Source: Phyllobates terribilis | Taxonomy: Eukaryota | Assembly (NCBI RefSeq): GCF_046119375.1 | Contig: NW_027362764.1 | Span: 626,014,001 to 626,078,000, forward strand | DNA length: 64,000 nucleotides | Direction: 5' to 3' | Part shown: positions 1 through 13,510 of the stretch, piece after piece | How the letters are laid out: each line of letters opens with the position of its first letter | Numbering within the stretch: position 1 is the stretch's first letter | Program-made: the position numbers and the translations under genes | The notes under the pieces: generated by a model | Database searches by the model: none | What the model saw: the letters and a program-made list of their open reading frames with translations, nothing else | Told to the model about the DNA's origin: nothing

Positions 1-2447
1 TATTAGTTTTTCCAAATAATTATTTCCATACAATAGATTTTATTATATCATTTTATTATATCAGAAAAATGAGGTACAAACAGTACACGACTGAATGTGA
101 AAATACAAAATGCACAATATGTAGCAATAACAATGATAAACACTAGCTCAAGATTATAAGCAGCATGAAAATACTCTCTGAATCCAAATAGAACAAAGCA
201 AAAGCACAAAGATGGAACACATTGTATCATCCAATTGCGCATACAACATGAAAATATTGTACATGCCATGAATCTCATAAAAAGAAGCATAAAGAAAAGA
301 ATGGAAGAAGATAAAGAAACGTAGAAAAATAGAAATGAATAATGGAAGAAAAATGATTAATAGTATTAATAGGTTCTCAGAGCGGTCGTAACTAAAGCCG
401 CAAAAAAATCTTCACAATTTCACATCTTTTTTTGCATGAAAACTTTCTACACAATGAGCCCTACCAAAAATTAAAGTATTTGCCGTAAAAATGATTCCTT
501 TGTCTAATTTTACGTGTAAAGGTCACAAATGATTCAATGTGTAAATTGTAAAATATGTGGAAACTAGCACTTCTAGATGTCTGAAACCATCCAGATTTTA
601 AACAGAAATTCATTGAATACCTAAAAATAATGTAACAAATTAAATTCAAAACACTGTTAAAATATTGTACATAATCTTACTTTTCAATCTTTTCCATTTA
701 AATCTATGCTACATTTTATATTCCTTTACATCTGCATTTTCTTTAGAAAATGAATTTGAATAATAGCAATAATTGGTAGTGGAGTTAAAGTTTTCAAAGG
801 TCTAATCTGTACAACCATCAAACCAATGATGACTCACATGCTTCAAGATGCACCTCATTTAATGTAACAGACCTTTCATTTCTCAACTAACAATGAAAGA
901 TAATGGATTTTGTCTCAAAATGTATAAAGATGAGCAATGCTCTGAGCCGAGTTGTCAATCAACAGAGAAATCAATGCATTTCTTTCTACATTTTCCATTA
1001 TAAATACATTTGCAGTTAAGCAACATTTTTATGATTTATTTGTTTCTGTATTTTATGTTCCAGCCAGGGTCTATGGTTTCACATATTGAACACAATGGCC
1101 AAAATGATAGTAGGCTGTGACATGACAGTGTCATTTCAAGGAGAGAACTATTTTTTAAATTTTTTTTACTATTATTATTGCTATTATTATGATACAGTCT
1201 ATTCAAGGTCACCTGAAGCTGCAGAGAAAATGCAGTATTATCATTTATGTCTAAGTACACCAATAAATCTAAGGCTCTCAATTAGAATTCTAAATCCAGA
1301 AAGACATATTAAGAATGATTGTTATGTTTGACTTCATACAAAATTAAACATTCTCTTCTTTTACCTGACATAAAACATTTTTTACAGCAATTGAATTTGT
1401 TCCATGTACCTAAATAAACATTGACCTTCAATCTGAGTTACGATATTGTTCTCTCTTCAAAAAGAAATAAAAGCAAGTATAACATGACATTACCGTTTTT
1501 TTGTTTAATATTATAACTCACTTTATATTTGGCAAACCAACCTGAAAATGTAATATTATAGTTCAGTATTTCTGACTATGTCTTTCCATCCATCAGTTAT
1601 ATTACACTCATGTTATGCCAGTCTCTTTAGAGAACAAAATGGCTTGAATATAATGGTTTTGCATTTCACATAAAATGTGTTGGGACTTTTTTTTTTTAAA
1701 TAAAAAGTTGGCAATGTTTTTCCAAAGTAAATAAAAAATATATAACAGTGATTTGCAACCAGTGTTTGTTACATCGGATTTGTGGAAGACAAAATTATTC
1801 CAATACCCTGAATGGGTTGAGACAGTAAGATTCCCAATTAGCAAGGAGACTCTGAAGAAGGTCACATTACTGTACAAGCACACAGAGTAATTGGATGTAA
1901 CAAATGTGTGATCACATCACATAAGATCCTATTAAACCTGTTTTAGACTCAATTTACACTGTGGAAAGTAAGAAAATGTGGAAAGATATTTTAATAGTAT
2001 TTCAAATTTTTATTTTTTGTCTCAAAATTGGTACGGTCTCTGTATTATTTTTAATAATTTTTGTGCTTTTGTACATTGTGGTCCACTTTGGACCTCATTC
2101 AGATAGATACCAAGTGACTTTGTTACTGAGGTAACATCAGGATATCCCTCACCATGATTCTAGTGATCCAGATTTAGAGAACCATATCATGGTATAAAAT
2201 CAGTTCAGAAGAACTGTGGGGGACTAGGTTTAAGATGCTTCTCAATTTAAAGCATCCACATTGATGTGTTAATGGATTGTCCTCCTGCAATTGAAAGCTT
2301 TCTATTCAAATCTGATAGCTGAAAAAAAAACATCTGAAGATATTTGGACACAAACTTATAATAGTGGAATATTTTTTGGCTGACATGTTTTACCACCTAA
2401 TCGTTGCAGATTATCTAAGAAAAACAAATTTGAAAATGCAGCTACGT

Positions 2448-2519
2448 CATGGATGCAACCTGAGGGTAAATCATGGATGGAACCTGAGGGTAAATCATGG
2501 ATGCAACCTGAGGGTGATG
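2448..2519. repeat. 24-bp tandem repeat, 3 copies
   Basis: Unit CATGGATGCAACCTGAGGGTAAAT is seen three times with single substitutions. Confidence 0.85.
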
Positions 2520-2779
2520 TTGATATCTATAGTTATCTCAAAAGGTCTATCAGAAAAAAGTGCATGATGCCCATGAGAAAACAATACTTTTCAGAAATGC
2601 ATAACATTCAATTGTAAAACAAAATAGGAAAAAAATAATCACAGCAATTGAATAATGTCATTGACAGTGGAAAGTACACATAAGTTAATAGGAAAAAGAT
2701 AACCCAAATTTTACATCAAAACAATAAAGGTGGAGAAAACATTTCCAGTCACACTAATGTAAACTAATAGGAGAGGTTA

Positions 2780-3555
2780 TGTAGCATCGGCGTCTCTGCC
2801 TCAAGCCGGGCAGAGACACCGTTCCCCTCACCTCCGCGGTCCCGGTCTGGCGTCTTCCTGTTCTCCTGCTGCTGAGGCTTGCACTGCGCACAGCTTCCCG
2901 GGCACTGTGCTTAGGGCGCGCGCTCCCTCCCACTTAAAGGGGCCATGCTCGCCGTCCTAAAGAGTCCCCAATGACCGTAGGACTGCCCCTATATTAAGCA
3001 CTTCCTCCAAAATGGAGGTGCCTGTGCAAGGTTGTTGTTTGTGTGCTAACACTCTCCTCAGCCCTCAGGTTCCTTGCCCGCCAGTCTGTCTAACAGTCCT
3101 GCCCGCCAGTCTGTTTAACAGTCCTGCCCGCCAGTCTGTTTAACTGTCCTGCCCGCCAGTCTGTCTAACAGTCCTGCCCGCCAGTCTGTCTATCAGCCGT
3201 GCCCACCAGCCTGCCTACCCGGAGCACCTGCCAGTTACCTGCCGTGCCCACCCGCCTGCCTACTCAGAGCACCTGCCAGTTACCTGCTGTGCCCACCAGC
3301 CTGCCTACCCAGAGCACCTGCCCAGTTACCTGCCATACCCGCCTGCTTGTTTACCCGGAGTATCTGTCTGGCTATCCGCTGTACCCGTCTGCTTGTCTAT
3401 CCGGATCACCCGTCAGCCTAACTGCCATGCTTATCCGCTGTACCGGTCAGCTCCTGTCATCTGACCCGTGGGAGTCACCTGCACTCACACAAGGTCGGTC
3501 CCAGAGTGGCACCTGGTTCACCTTCCCGGTCTCTCCTTGGTTCACGGAGTATTAA
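2780..3555 (+). mobile_element. LTR-like repeat remnant with internal minisatellites
   Basis: Abrupt GC-rich block starting TGTAGC within AT-rich DNA. It has a TATA-like TATATTAA near 2989, five copies of a 25-bp unit (CCTGCCCGCCAGTCTGTCTAACAGT, 3073-3197) and about three copies of a 45-bp unit (3197-3335). No clear terminal ACA or TSD was found. Confidence 0.5.
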
Positions 3556-3569
3556 AGAGGAGTATTAAA

Positions 3570-4339
3570 GCCAGTAAAAAGTAAAAAAAAAATATTAAAA
3601 AATAAAAAAAGGCAAAAGTTTTTGCCCCATTGAAAATAAAACAATTAAAAAAAAATTAAAAATACACATATTTGGTATAACTGCATTCAGAAATGTCCGA
3701 TCTATCAAAATATAAAGTCAATTGATCAGATTGGTAAACGGCGTAATGAGAAAAAAATCGAAACGCCTGAATTTTTTTTCTTTGGCCCCCGCAACATTGC
3801 AATAAAATGCATTAACGGGAGATAAAAATATCATATCTATCCCAAAATGGTATCAATAAAAATGTCAGCTCAAGGCACAAAAAATAAGCCCTCACTCAGC
3901 CCCAGATCACAGAAAAAGGAGACGCAACAGGTTTCGAAAAATGGAGACATAAGGACATTTTTTTTTTCTTACAAATTTCGGATTTTTAAATAAATAAAAA
4001 AGAACCTATACATGTTTGGTATCTGCTTACTCCTACTGATCTGGGAGATCATATTGCCAGGTCAGTTTTAGCATTTAGAGGACATGGTAGATGAAAAACC
4101 CAAAAAACAATTGCGGAATTGCACTTTTTTTTGCAATTTCACCTCATTTGGATTTTTTTCCTGTTTTCCTGTACTCTATATGGTAAAAATGTGTCATTCA
4201 AAAGTTCAACTCGTCCTGCACAAACAAGCTCTCATACGGCTATATTGACCGAAAAATAAAAAAGTTATGGCTTTGGGAAGAGAGGGGAAAAAAAACATAA
4301 GCGCAAAAACAGAAAATCGCAAGGTGGTGAAGGTGTTAA
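3570..4339 (+). mobile_element. Right arm of a TTAA-target non-autonomous DNA transposon (Kolobok/piggyBac-like frog repeat)
   Basis: A-tract-rich arm with the AAAAAGTTATGGCT motif, ending GAAGGTGTTAA. Related reverse-strand fragments occur at about 4430-4580 and 26490-27150. The family is assigned from recalled resemblance only. Confidence 0.5.
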
Positions 4340-5289
4340 AAAGAATCTTTCACCAGTTCAAAAGTGGTCAGTATTTGCTCTTTATGCTGGTCACCTAAGT
4401 AATGTTTTTTTTTTTCCCTTTGTTTTTTTAACATAGATATGAGCCTTTTTATTTAGTGGTAATATAGTTTTCGGTCTTGCGATTTTCTGTTTTTGCGCTT
4501 TTTTTCTTCCCCCCTCGTCCCAGAGCCATAACTGTTTTATTTTTCCATTAGTATAGCCGTATGAGAGCTTGTTTTTGCCTATGGTGATTCTTACAGGATA
4601 CTTGGGGAAGTCTTTAGGCTGCTTTGCATAATTAATCTTTGAGCAACACCCCCTTGTCCCCTTGGTAAAGATCATGATAATTAGCATTAAATAAAAAATG
4701 CCTTTATCTCTGGAACGATATAGCAGATTAAAAAGTAAACAAAAAACAAAAATAGAATTCTCAGGGAAGCTTTAAGAATAAAATAAGAGCAAACAAACAA
4801 TAGCCATTTTTGACATGGCGACAGGTCCTCTTTAAGTACAGTTATAGATGGATGATTATTTTCAACATTTAAGTTTCTGTGTAAATAGATTAATAACTGG
4901 CCGAAGGATAGAAAATAGGGAATCTTTATGCAGTAAATGGAGTACATTCAGATAGGGTCACAGTTACTTGTGGTTCATGTCGGGAGTGAATATTGAGTCC
5001 TATTCTGAAATGGTAATTGACTTGGATAATATCGGCTTTTTTCAGACTTTATTACTCTACTTTATTTATTAGTATTTGAGATACTCCAATAGATGTCATT
5101 GTATAGTGACAGATAAACACTGTAGGGAAACAGAGTGCACCAGACCATAGGTTAACACCTTTATGAAAAGATATAATAGATCCTGGTAAAATGCTCACCT
5201 GAGCGAGTTGTGTAGGCAAAACTCCTGTGAAAGCTTAATAATGGTTGCTGCTGCCCCGTGGTTGAGGGATGATCTCCACCAGCACTCTT

Positions 5290-5477
5290 GAAGGAAAAAA
5301 CAATTTACGGTTTTGGGCAGCACTAACCAAAATAAAGATCTTTCATCCAATAATATAAAGGAGCGGTTTTTATTCCATTAATCCACTGGTTAAATAAAAA
5401 CTGCTCCTTTATATTATTGGATCAAGAATCTTCATTTCGATTAGTGCTGCCCAAAACCATGAATTGTCTTTTCCTTC
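5290..5477. repeat. About 85-bp-arm inverted repeat (hairpin), probably a Penelope-type remnant
   Basis: 5290-5374 (GAAGGAAAAAACAATT...GAGCGGTTTTTATT) is the imperfect reverse complement of 5393-5477 (AATAAAAACTGCTCC...AATTGTCTTTTCCTTC), with an 18-bp spacer. Confidence 0.8.
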
Positions 5478-5913
5478 ACTGTATGGTGATAGATTTCCAT
5501 CCATCACCCACATTCTTCCAGCATTTGCAGGGTATGTTCTTTTGGACTTATCATTCGGTTAATCATTCTATTTACATTATACAATTATCTTGCACAATAA
5601 GTCATAAGCGTTTGAATCTTAATGATTATCAGCTCCTGTGAAAAGCAAAACTGGAACACTTTTCAATGAGTGTAACCAAAGTAATAATTGGTATGTATTA
5701 GTGTTGAGAAAACATGCTCGACACTGCTCGGTACTCGCCCGAGCATCACGCTACTCGGATGTTCGGCGAGCACCGAGCATTTCCGGGTTACTCGGGCGGG
5801 AGCTTGGGTCTCCGCCCTGCATGTTTGGCGCTCTTTACAGAGCCAATGAACATGCAGGGATTGCCAGCCAGTCACTGTAATGCCGCAGCCATGTTGGTTG
5901 TGGGCATTACAGT

Positions 5914-5969
5914 GATTGGCTGGCCGCACAGCGTCACCTCGAGTATTTAAAACCGAGCGCCGCCATCTT
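5914..5969 (+). promoter_or_regulatory. Putative transposase core promoter (reverse CCAAT, TATA-like, YY1-like motif)
   Basis: GATTGG (5914), TATTTAAAA (5944) and CGCCATCTT (5961) occur in order. GATTGG followed by a TATA-like motif also occurs at the same position in copies 2 (about 19911-19945) and 3 (about 55104-55140). Function is inferred. Confidence 0.35.
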
Positions 5970-6339
5970 GGACACAGTCGCTCTGGATCAGACAGTGTAG
6001 GGACAGCGCTGCTGATTTAGGGAGAGATATAAACTGCAAAATAGTTAGTGTAGGGTCTGTAAAGGCTGCCAGATCAAACAAACAGTCCTTCTCAGGACTA
6101 ATATCCATCCCAGATATCAAGCAGGCAGGCTGTATAGGAGACGCAGTGGTTATACCAGCAAACGCTGCATTACAGTCCTGTGTGCTGCTCCTGTTGCTGA
6201 AATTGCTGGACTTAGCTCCAGGTCTCAGGGGACAGGAAAAATCCTTTTTTTTTCCATCTAAATCCTCTTTTTTTTTCCTCCTTCACACTGTGCAAATACC
6301 CGTCTTATTAACCTTTTGGTGTCCCCCCCTCCAAAAAAA

Positions 6340-7930
6340 GCGTGTCTCTGATTTTTTAGACACAAATATATCTGTTGAAAATAGTCAGGTGTAGGCTAGA
6401 GAAACAGAAGTGTTGATTTGCACTTCCTTGGTTCAAACCTCTGTATTATCCACTTTTGGGCCATTTGTATCTAAAAAAAAAACTGTTTGAGTGTGTTGCT
6501 CACTGTTCAGCCGCAAATATATCTATTTAAAAAAGTCTGGTATACCCCAGTAAACAATAACTGTGGTTTTGCCATCCTACGGTAAAAAATCTCTATTATT
6601 CAGGTTTTGGTATATTTTCCGTAAAGAAAAACAGTAGTGTCTCCTGACTGTTGTGACACAAAAATATATCTGTTGAAAATAGTCTGGTGTAGGTCCGACA
6701 AATCCCAGTGTGGTTTTGCAGTTCCATGGGTCAAATCTCTGTACTATCCAGTTTTGGGCCTTTGGTATCTAAAAAAACACAGTTTGAGTGTGTCGCTCAC
6801 TGTTCAGCCGCAAATCTATATATTTAAAAAAGTCTGGTATACCCCAGTAAACAATAACTGTGGCTTTGCCATCCCACGGTAAAAAATCTCTATTATTCAG
6901 GTTTTGGTATATTTTCTGTAAAAAAAAACAGTAGTGTCCTCTGACTGTTGTGACACAAAAATATATCTGTTGAAAATAGCTTGGTGTAGGCCCGACAAAT
7001 CCCAGTGTGGTTTTGCAGTTCCACGGGTCAAATCTCTGTACTATCCAGTTTTGGGCCTTTGGTATCTAAAAAAACACAGTTTGAGTGTGTCGCTCACTGT
7101 TCAGCCGCAAATCTATATATTTTTAAAAAAGTCTGGTATACCCCAGTAAACAATAACTGTGGTTTTGCCATCCCACAGTAAAAAATCTCTATTATTCAGG
7201 TTTTGGTATATTTTCCGTAAAGAAAAACAGTAGTGTCTCCTGACTGTTGTGACACAAAAATATATCTGTTGAAAATAGTCTGGTGTAGGCTCGACAAATC
7301 CCAGTGTGGTTTTGCAGTTCCACAGGTCAAATCTCTGTACTATCCAGTTTTGGGCTTTTGGTATCTTAAAAAAAAAAAAAGTTTGAGTGTGTCGCTCACT
7401 GTTCAGCCGCAAATCTATATATTTAAAAAAGTCTGCTATACCCCAGTAAACAATAACTGTGGTTTTGCCATCCCACGGTAAAAAATCTCTATTATTCAGG
7501 TTTTGGTATATTTTCCGTAAAGAAAAACAGCAGTGTCTCCTGACTGTTGTGACACAAAAATATATCTGTTGAAAATAGTCTGGTGTAGGCCAGACAAATC
7601 CCAGTGTGGTTTTGCAGTTCCACGGGTCAAATCTCTGTACTATCCAGTTTTGGGCCTTTGGTATCTAAAAAAACACAGTTTGAGTGTGTCGCTCACTGTT
7701 CAGCCGCAAATCTATACATTTAAAAAAGTCTGGTATACCCCAGTAAACAATAACTGTGGTTTTGCCATCCCACGGTAAAAAATCTCTATTATTCAGGTTT
7801 TGGTATTTTTTACGTGAAGAAAAACAGTAATAGTTTCTCCCTGATTGTTCAGATTGTTTAAAAGAGTCGGGTGTAGGCCAGAGAAATAGATCTGTGGTTT
7901 TCCTCTTCCACGGTTCAAATCTACTTTTTA
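6340..7930 (+). repeat. About 297-300-bp tandem array in the hAT 5' arm, about 5 copies
   Basis: Unit starts recur at 6637, 6934, 7233 and 7533, with degenerate flanking copies. The repeated 71-82-aa ORFs are by-products. Confidence 0.92.
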
Positions 7931-7982
7931 TTACCCTTTTTCCATTGATAGTGCAAGTGTAAGCTATTTTACTTCCTTTACA

Positions 7983-10900
7983 ATGGGCAAGGCGCGTGGC
8001 AAGGGACGTAGAAGTGGACGTTCTGGTGATGGTTCGTGCAAAGGATGGGGCCGTGGCCAAGGTGAAAATGTGCCACAACCAACAGCCACATCTTCTCGCT
8101 CCCACTTCTTGATCGAATTACTAGGGAAGCACAGAACAACACCAGTATTGAGAACTGATCAGTGTGAACAGGTTATTAATTGGATAGCAGATAATACTTC
8201 CAGTTACCTGGGCACCACCACCTACGGTCTGTCTTCCACACGGTCAACTCTTAGTAGCCGTGAGTCTCGACCGCATACTCCTCCTCACCCTGATGCTCCT
8301 TCCTTCCACCATGCCGAGTGTCGTCAGACAGCAATTGATCCCACACTTGGACACTCTGAAGAGCTGTTCACTGGTCCATTTCCATATTTGTGCCCCTCGC
8401 CTGATACGCTTGAAGTAGTGGAAGAGGAGATCCCATGTAGCGATGCCCAAATATTTGAACAGCCACGGCCACAGGAAGTCGACGCTGGCAATTTGTCACA
8501 AGAGGAGGACGATGACGAGACACAATTGCCAGGAAGTGAGGAGGAGCATCGTGGTGCGCAAGTGGAAGAGGAGGAGGTGGTGGATGATCTAGTAACTGAC
8601 CCAACGTGGCAGGAGGACATGCAGAGTGAGGCCAGCAGCACACAGGGGAGGGAGGCAGAGTACCCCAACAGGTAGGAAGAAGCAGTGTGGTGGCCGCAGA
8701 CAGAAGGCGGGCAACCGTTCCCCGTAACACCAACACGAGGGACGTTGCCAGTACAAGCGGTAGGTCTTCCAGAGTCTGGAATTTTTTTAAAGACTCTGCT
8801 GATAACCCCAAAAAGGCCATATGTTCCACCTGCCATGCCAGCATCAGCAGGGGTGACAAAACTACCAGCCTGACCACCACCAGCATCATCAGGCACATGG
8901 CAGCAAAGCACCTGACTTTGTGGGGCAAAACCCAGGTTCCACGACCAGTGTCAGTGGGTGTCACCACTGCTTCTTCCACTGTTGTGCATGCAATAGAACC
9001 CCCTGCTGTGTGTGCAAGGCAATCCCCTGTCCATACTGCATGTAAAGATGCCCCCTCCTCTCAGTCTTCACTTGTTATGGCAGTTTCTCAAGAAACAGCA
9101 TCAACGTCCACATCAACGTCCCACCGCAGCATTCAATTGTCCATATCCCAGACCTTTGAATGAAAGCGGAAATTAGCAGCTAACGCCCCACAGGCCACAG
9201 TCCTAAATTCGCACATTTCACGACTGCTTGCGTTGGAAATGCTGCCTTTTAGGCTGGTGGAGACGGAATCCTTCCGCAATCTTATGGCGGTGGCCGTCCC
9301 TCGGTACTCGGTCCCCAGCCGACACTATTTTGCCCGGTGTGCCATCCCCGCACTACACAAGCACATGTCCCAAAGCATCTGCCGTGCCCTCAACAACGCA
9401 GTTACTGGGAGAGTCCACCTGACAACGGACACGTGGACAAGTGCTTGTGGCCAAGGATGGTACATCTCTCTGACGGCACACTGGGTAAACATAGTGGAAG
9501 CCGGGACCCAGTCGGACCTTGGGACGGAACACGTCCTCCCCACACCGAGGATTGCGGGCCCTATGTCAGTCATAGTTGCCCTCACAGTGTATAGCTCCTG
9601 CGCATCATCCTCCTCCTCCTCCTCCTCCTCATGTTCAGCCTCCATCTCAGATATCACCACATCAGTTACAAGCTGGAAACACTGCAGTACTAGCTCCGCC
9701 AAGCGGCAACAGGCTGTGCTGAAACTCATAAGCTTAGGTGATAAACCTCACACTGCTTGTGAGTTGTGGACAGATGAGAAAGAGCAGGCAGATCTGTGGC
9801 TGAGACCGCTGAACCTACATCCCGGCATGGTCGTGTGTGACAATGGCTGTAACCTGGTGGCGGCTCTGAGGCGAGGTGAGATCACACACGTACCATGCCT
9901 GGCTCATGTGCTTAACCTCGTGGTTCAGCGGTTTCTTAAATTGTACCCCGAGTTGCCAGATCAGCTCGTGAAAGTACGCCGCGTGTCAGCTCATTTTAGC
10001 AAGTCGGCTACAGCTTCCGCCGCCCTTGCTGTGTTGCAGCAGCATTTGCAGCTTCCGGCACACCGACTGGTGTGTGATGTCCCCACACGTTGGAACTCTA
10101 CCCTCCACATGTTGCAAAGGATTTGTGAGCAGAAGAGAGCAGTTGTGGTGTACCAGATGCAACAAGGCCGTCGATATTCAGGTCAGACTTCACACATAAG
10201 ACCTCAGGAGTGGACCTGGATGTCTGACATATGTACCATCCTGACAAACTTTGAGGAGGCCACCAAGATGGTGAGTGGCGATGACGCCATCATTAGTGTC
10301 AGCATCCCACTTGTCTGTCTTTTGCAACGCTCTCTGCAGAGAATAAAAGAGGAGGCATTGCAGCCAGAGTATGATGAGATGGATCAACAAGCCGTAGTGG
10401 GCGATTACACACAGCCCAGCCTCATTTCATCCCAACGTGCATTGGGGGACAATGAGGGAGAGGAGGAGGAAGAACAGGAGCTGCTATCATGCGCTGTAGA
10501 CTGTAGTACCTGTACAAGTGTAATACCGTCGGTTCAGCGTGGGTGGCCTGAGGACAGGGGGGGAGGAGGAGGAGGAGGAGAGCATGGTCAGTCGTCATCT
10601 TGGTGAGGACACGGAAATCTTGCCCGTTACCAGTCTGGCACGCATGGCTGACTTTATGTTACGCTGCCTTAACCGTGACCCTCGCGTTGTCAAAATGTTG
10701 GGTGATAGTCATTACTGGTTGGTGACACTTTTAGACCCCCGCTACAAGGAGAACTTTCACTCTCTTATTCCTGAGGTGGAGAGGTCTACAAAAATGGGGC
10801 AGTACCAGAAGGCCCTTGCTGCAGAACTCTTAAAAAAATTCCCATCTGAACACGCTAGCGGCAGAGGTCACAGTTTTTTGCCCAACCAAGGCGTACAGGT

Positions 10901-11335
10901 GAGAGAGATGCAACTCCAATCCAGCAGAGGCAGGGGAACACTGTCAACGTTCTGGACAGATTTCTGACACCCGCCCAGCTAACAGGCCCTGATGCGTGGG
11001 GTACTCTCACAAGGAGTGGAAAGTTTCAAAAGATGGTGAGGGAGTACCTTGCCGACCGCCCCAGCATCCTCCGTGATTCCTCTGTGCCTTTTAATTATTG
11101 GGTATCCCAGCAGAACACTTGGAATGAACTCGCTCTATACGCCTTGGAGGTCCTGGCATGCCCTGCCGCTAGCGTGTTATCGGAGCGTGTTTTTAGTGCC
11201 GCTGGGGGAATTATAACTGATAAGCGCACTCGCCTGTCAACTGATAATGCTGACAAGCTGACCCTTATCAAAATAAACAAGGGCTGGATTGGGCCAGACT
11301 TCTCATCACCACCAAATGACAGCAGAGTAGAATAA
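7983..11335 (+). pseudogene. Disrupted hAT transposase (BED zinc finger, DDE domain, hATC dimerisation domain), about 1100 codons
   Basis: Motifs: BED finger VWNFF...CSTC...IRHMAAKH; catalytic HLTTDTW, VCDNG, CLAH, PTRWNS and SERVFS; C-terminal LALYALEVLACPAAS...KRTRLS. Disruptions: 1-bp frameshift near 8645, TGA at 9161-9163, and frameshifts near 10560 and 10965. Confidence 0.93.
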
Positions 11336-11477
11336 AGTCAAATCCACTGTGTTATTTCGGGAGGTGTATTCACATGCACCGCTTCACACCCACACATGGG
11401 TATACGCTTCCTCATTTCGGCTGTTTTATGTTCTTCTCCTTATCCTCAGCCTCCACCACCACTATACCACCAGGGTG

Positions 11478-13510
11478 CCAGCATTGCAAGTTCCTCCGTC
11501 CTTATTTTTGTCAGCTTTTGCTTGGAAGGCATAAGCAAATCCTATGGGAGACCCACTCCCCAATAATGGGACTTATGTTTGTAATATGCTGTACTGCATG
11601 GTTCTTGTAAGGGGCATTGCAAGTTGCTCCGTCCTAATTTTTGGAAGCTTTTGCTTGGAAGGCATAAGCAAATCCTATGGGAGACCCACTCCCCAATAAT
11701 GGGACTTATGTTTGTAATATACTGTACTGCATGGCTCTTGTAACGGGCATTGCAAGTTGCTCCGTCCTAATTTTTGGAAGCTTTTGCTTGGAAGGCATAA
11801 GCAAATCCTATGGGAGACCCACTCCCCAATAATGGGACTTATGTTTGTAATATGCTGTTCTGCATGGTTCTTGTAAGGGGCATTGCAAGTTGCTCCATCC
11901 TAATTTTTGGAAGCTTTTGCTTGGAAGGCATAAGCAAATCCTATGGGAGACCCACTCCCCAATAATGGGACTTATGTTTGTAATATGCTGTACTGCATGG
12001 CTCTTGTAAGGGGCATTGCAAGTTGCTCCGTCCTAATTTTTGGAAGCTTTTGCTTGGAAGGCATAAGCAAATCCTATGGGAGACCCTCTCCCCAATAATG
12101 GGACTTATGTTTGTAATATGCTGTACTGCATGGCTCTTGTAAGGGGCATTGCAAGTTGCTCCATCCTAATTTTTGGAAGCTTTTGCTTGGAAGGCATAAG
12201 CAAATCCTATGGGACACCCACTCCCCAATAATGGGACTTATGTTTGTAATATGCTGTACTGCATGGTTCTTGTAAGGGGCATTGCAAGTTGCTCCGTCCT
12301 AATTTTTGGAAGCTTTTGCTTGGAAGGCATAAGCAAATCCTATGGGAGACCCACTCCCCAATAATGGGACTTATGTTTGTAATATGCTGTACTGCATGGC
12401 TCTTGTAAGGGGCATTGCAAGTTGCTCCTTCCTAATTTTTGGAAGCTTTTGCTTGGAAGGCATAAGCAAATCCTATGGGAGACCCACTCCCCAATAATGG
12501 GACTTATGTTTGTAATATGCTGTACTGCATGGTTCTTGTAAGGGGCATTGCAAGTTGCTCCGTCCTAATTTTTGGAAGCTTTTGCTTGGAAGGCATAAGC
12601 AAATACTATGGGAGACCCACTCCCCAATAATGGGACTTATGTTTGTAATATGCTGTACTGCATGGCTCTTGTAAGGGGCATTGCAAGTTGCTCCATCCTA
12701 ATTTTTGGAAGCTTTTGCTTGGAAGGCATAAGCAAATCCTATGGGAGACCCACTCCCCAATAATGGGACTTATGTTTGTAATATGCTGTACTGCATGGCT
12801 CTTGTAAGGGGCATTGCAAGTTGCTCCGTCCTAATTTTTGGAAGCTTTTGCTTGGAAGGCATAAGCAAATCCTATGGGAGACCCACTCCCCAATAATGGG
12901 ACTTTTGTTTGTAATATGCTGTACTGCATGGTTCTTGTAAGGGGCATTGCAAGTTGCTCCGTCCTAATTTTTGGAAGCTTTTGCTTGGAAGGCATAAGCA
13001 AATACTATGGGAGACCCACTCCCCAATAATGGGACTTATGTTTGTAATATGCTGTACTGCATGGCTCTTGTAAGGGGCATTGCAAGTTGCTCCGTCCTAA
13101 TTTTTGGAAGCTTTTGCTTGGAAGGCATAAGCAAATACTATGGGAGACCCACTCCCCAATAATGGGACTTATGTTTGTAATATGCTGTACTGCATGGCTC
13201 TTGTAAGGGGCATTGCAAGTTGCTCCGTCCTAATTTTTGGAAGCTTTTGCTTGGAAGGCATAAGCAAATACTATGGGAGACCCACTCCCCAATAATGGGA
13301 CTTATGCTTGCAATATGCTGTACTGCATGGCTCTTGTAAGTGGCATTGCAAGTTGCTCCATCCTAATTTTTGGAAGCTTTTGCTTGGAAGGCATAAGCAA
13401 ATCCTACGGGAGACCCACTCCCCAATAATGGGACTTATGTTTGTAATATGCTGTACTGCATGGCTCTTGTAAGGGGCATTGCAGTTCCTCATAATTTTTG
13501 GAAAGCCTTC
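11478..13510 (+). repeat. 133-bp tandem array in the hAT 3' arm, about 15 near-identical copies
   Basis: GGCATAAGCAAAT recurs at exact 133-bp spacing: 11528, 11661, 11794 and onward to 13390. Confidence 0.97.

Noticed and set aside
1608-2250. Semi-open minus-strand frame in AT-rich DNA that might be a fossil gene
   Set aside because: It has several stops and no recognisable motif, so no product can be assigned.
6637-7778. Four near-identical 71-82-aa ORFs (MSPDCCDTKIYLLK...)
   Set aside because: They are one translation per unit of the 297-bp array, start at GTG and show length changes from homopolymer slippage, with no sign of coding constraint.
8244-8979. Long antisense ORFs overlapping the transposase N-terminus (195 and 203 aa)
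   Set aside because: Antisense openness is expected for GC-rich, low-complexity coding sequence, and the ORFs are not conserved in length in copies 2 and 3.
11478-13510. Regularly spaced repeats suggesting a CRISPR array
   Set aside because: The whole 133-bp unit repeats with no unique spacers, there are no cas genes, and the context is eukaryotic.
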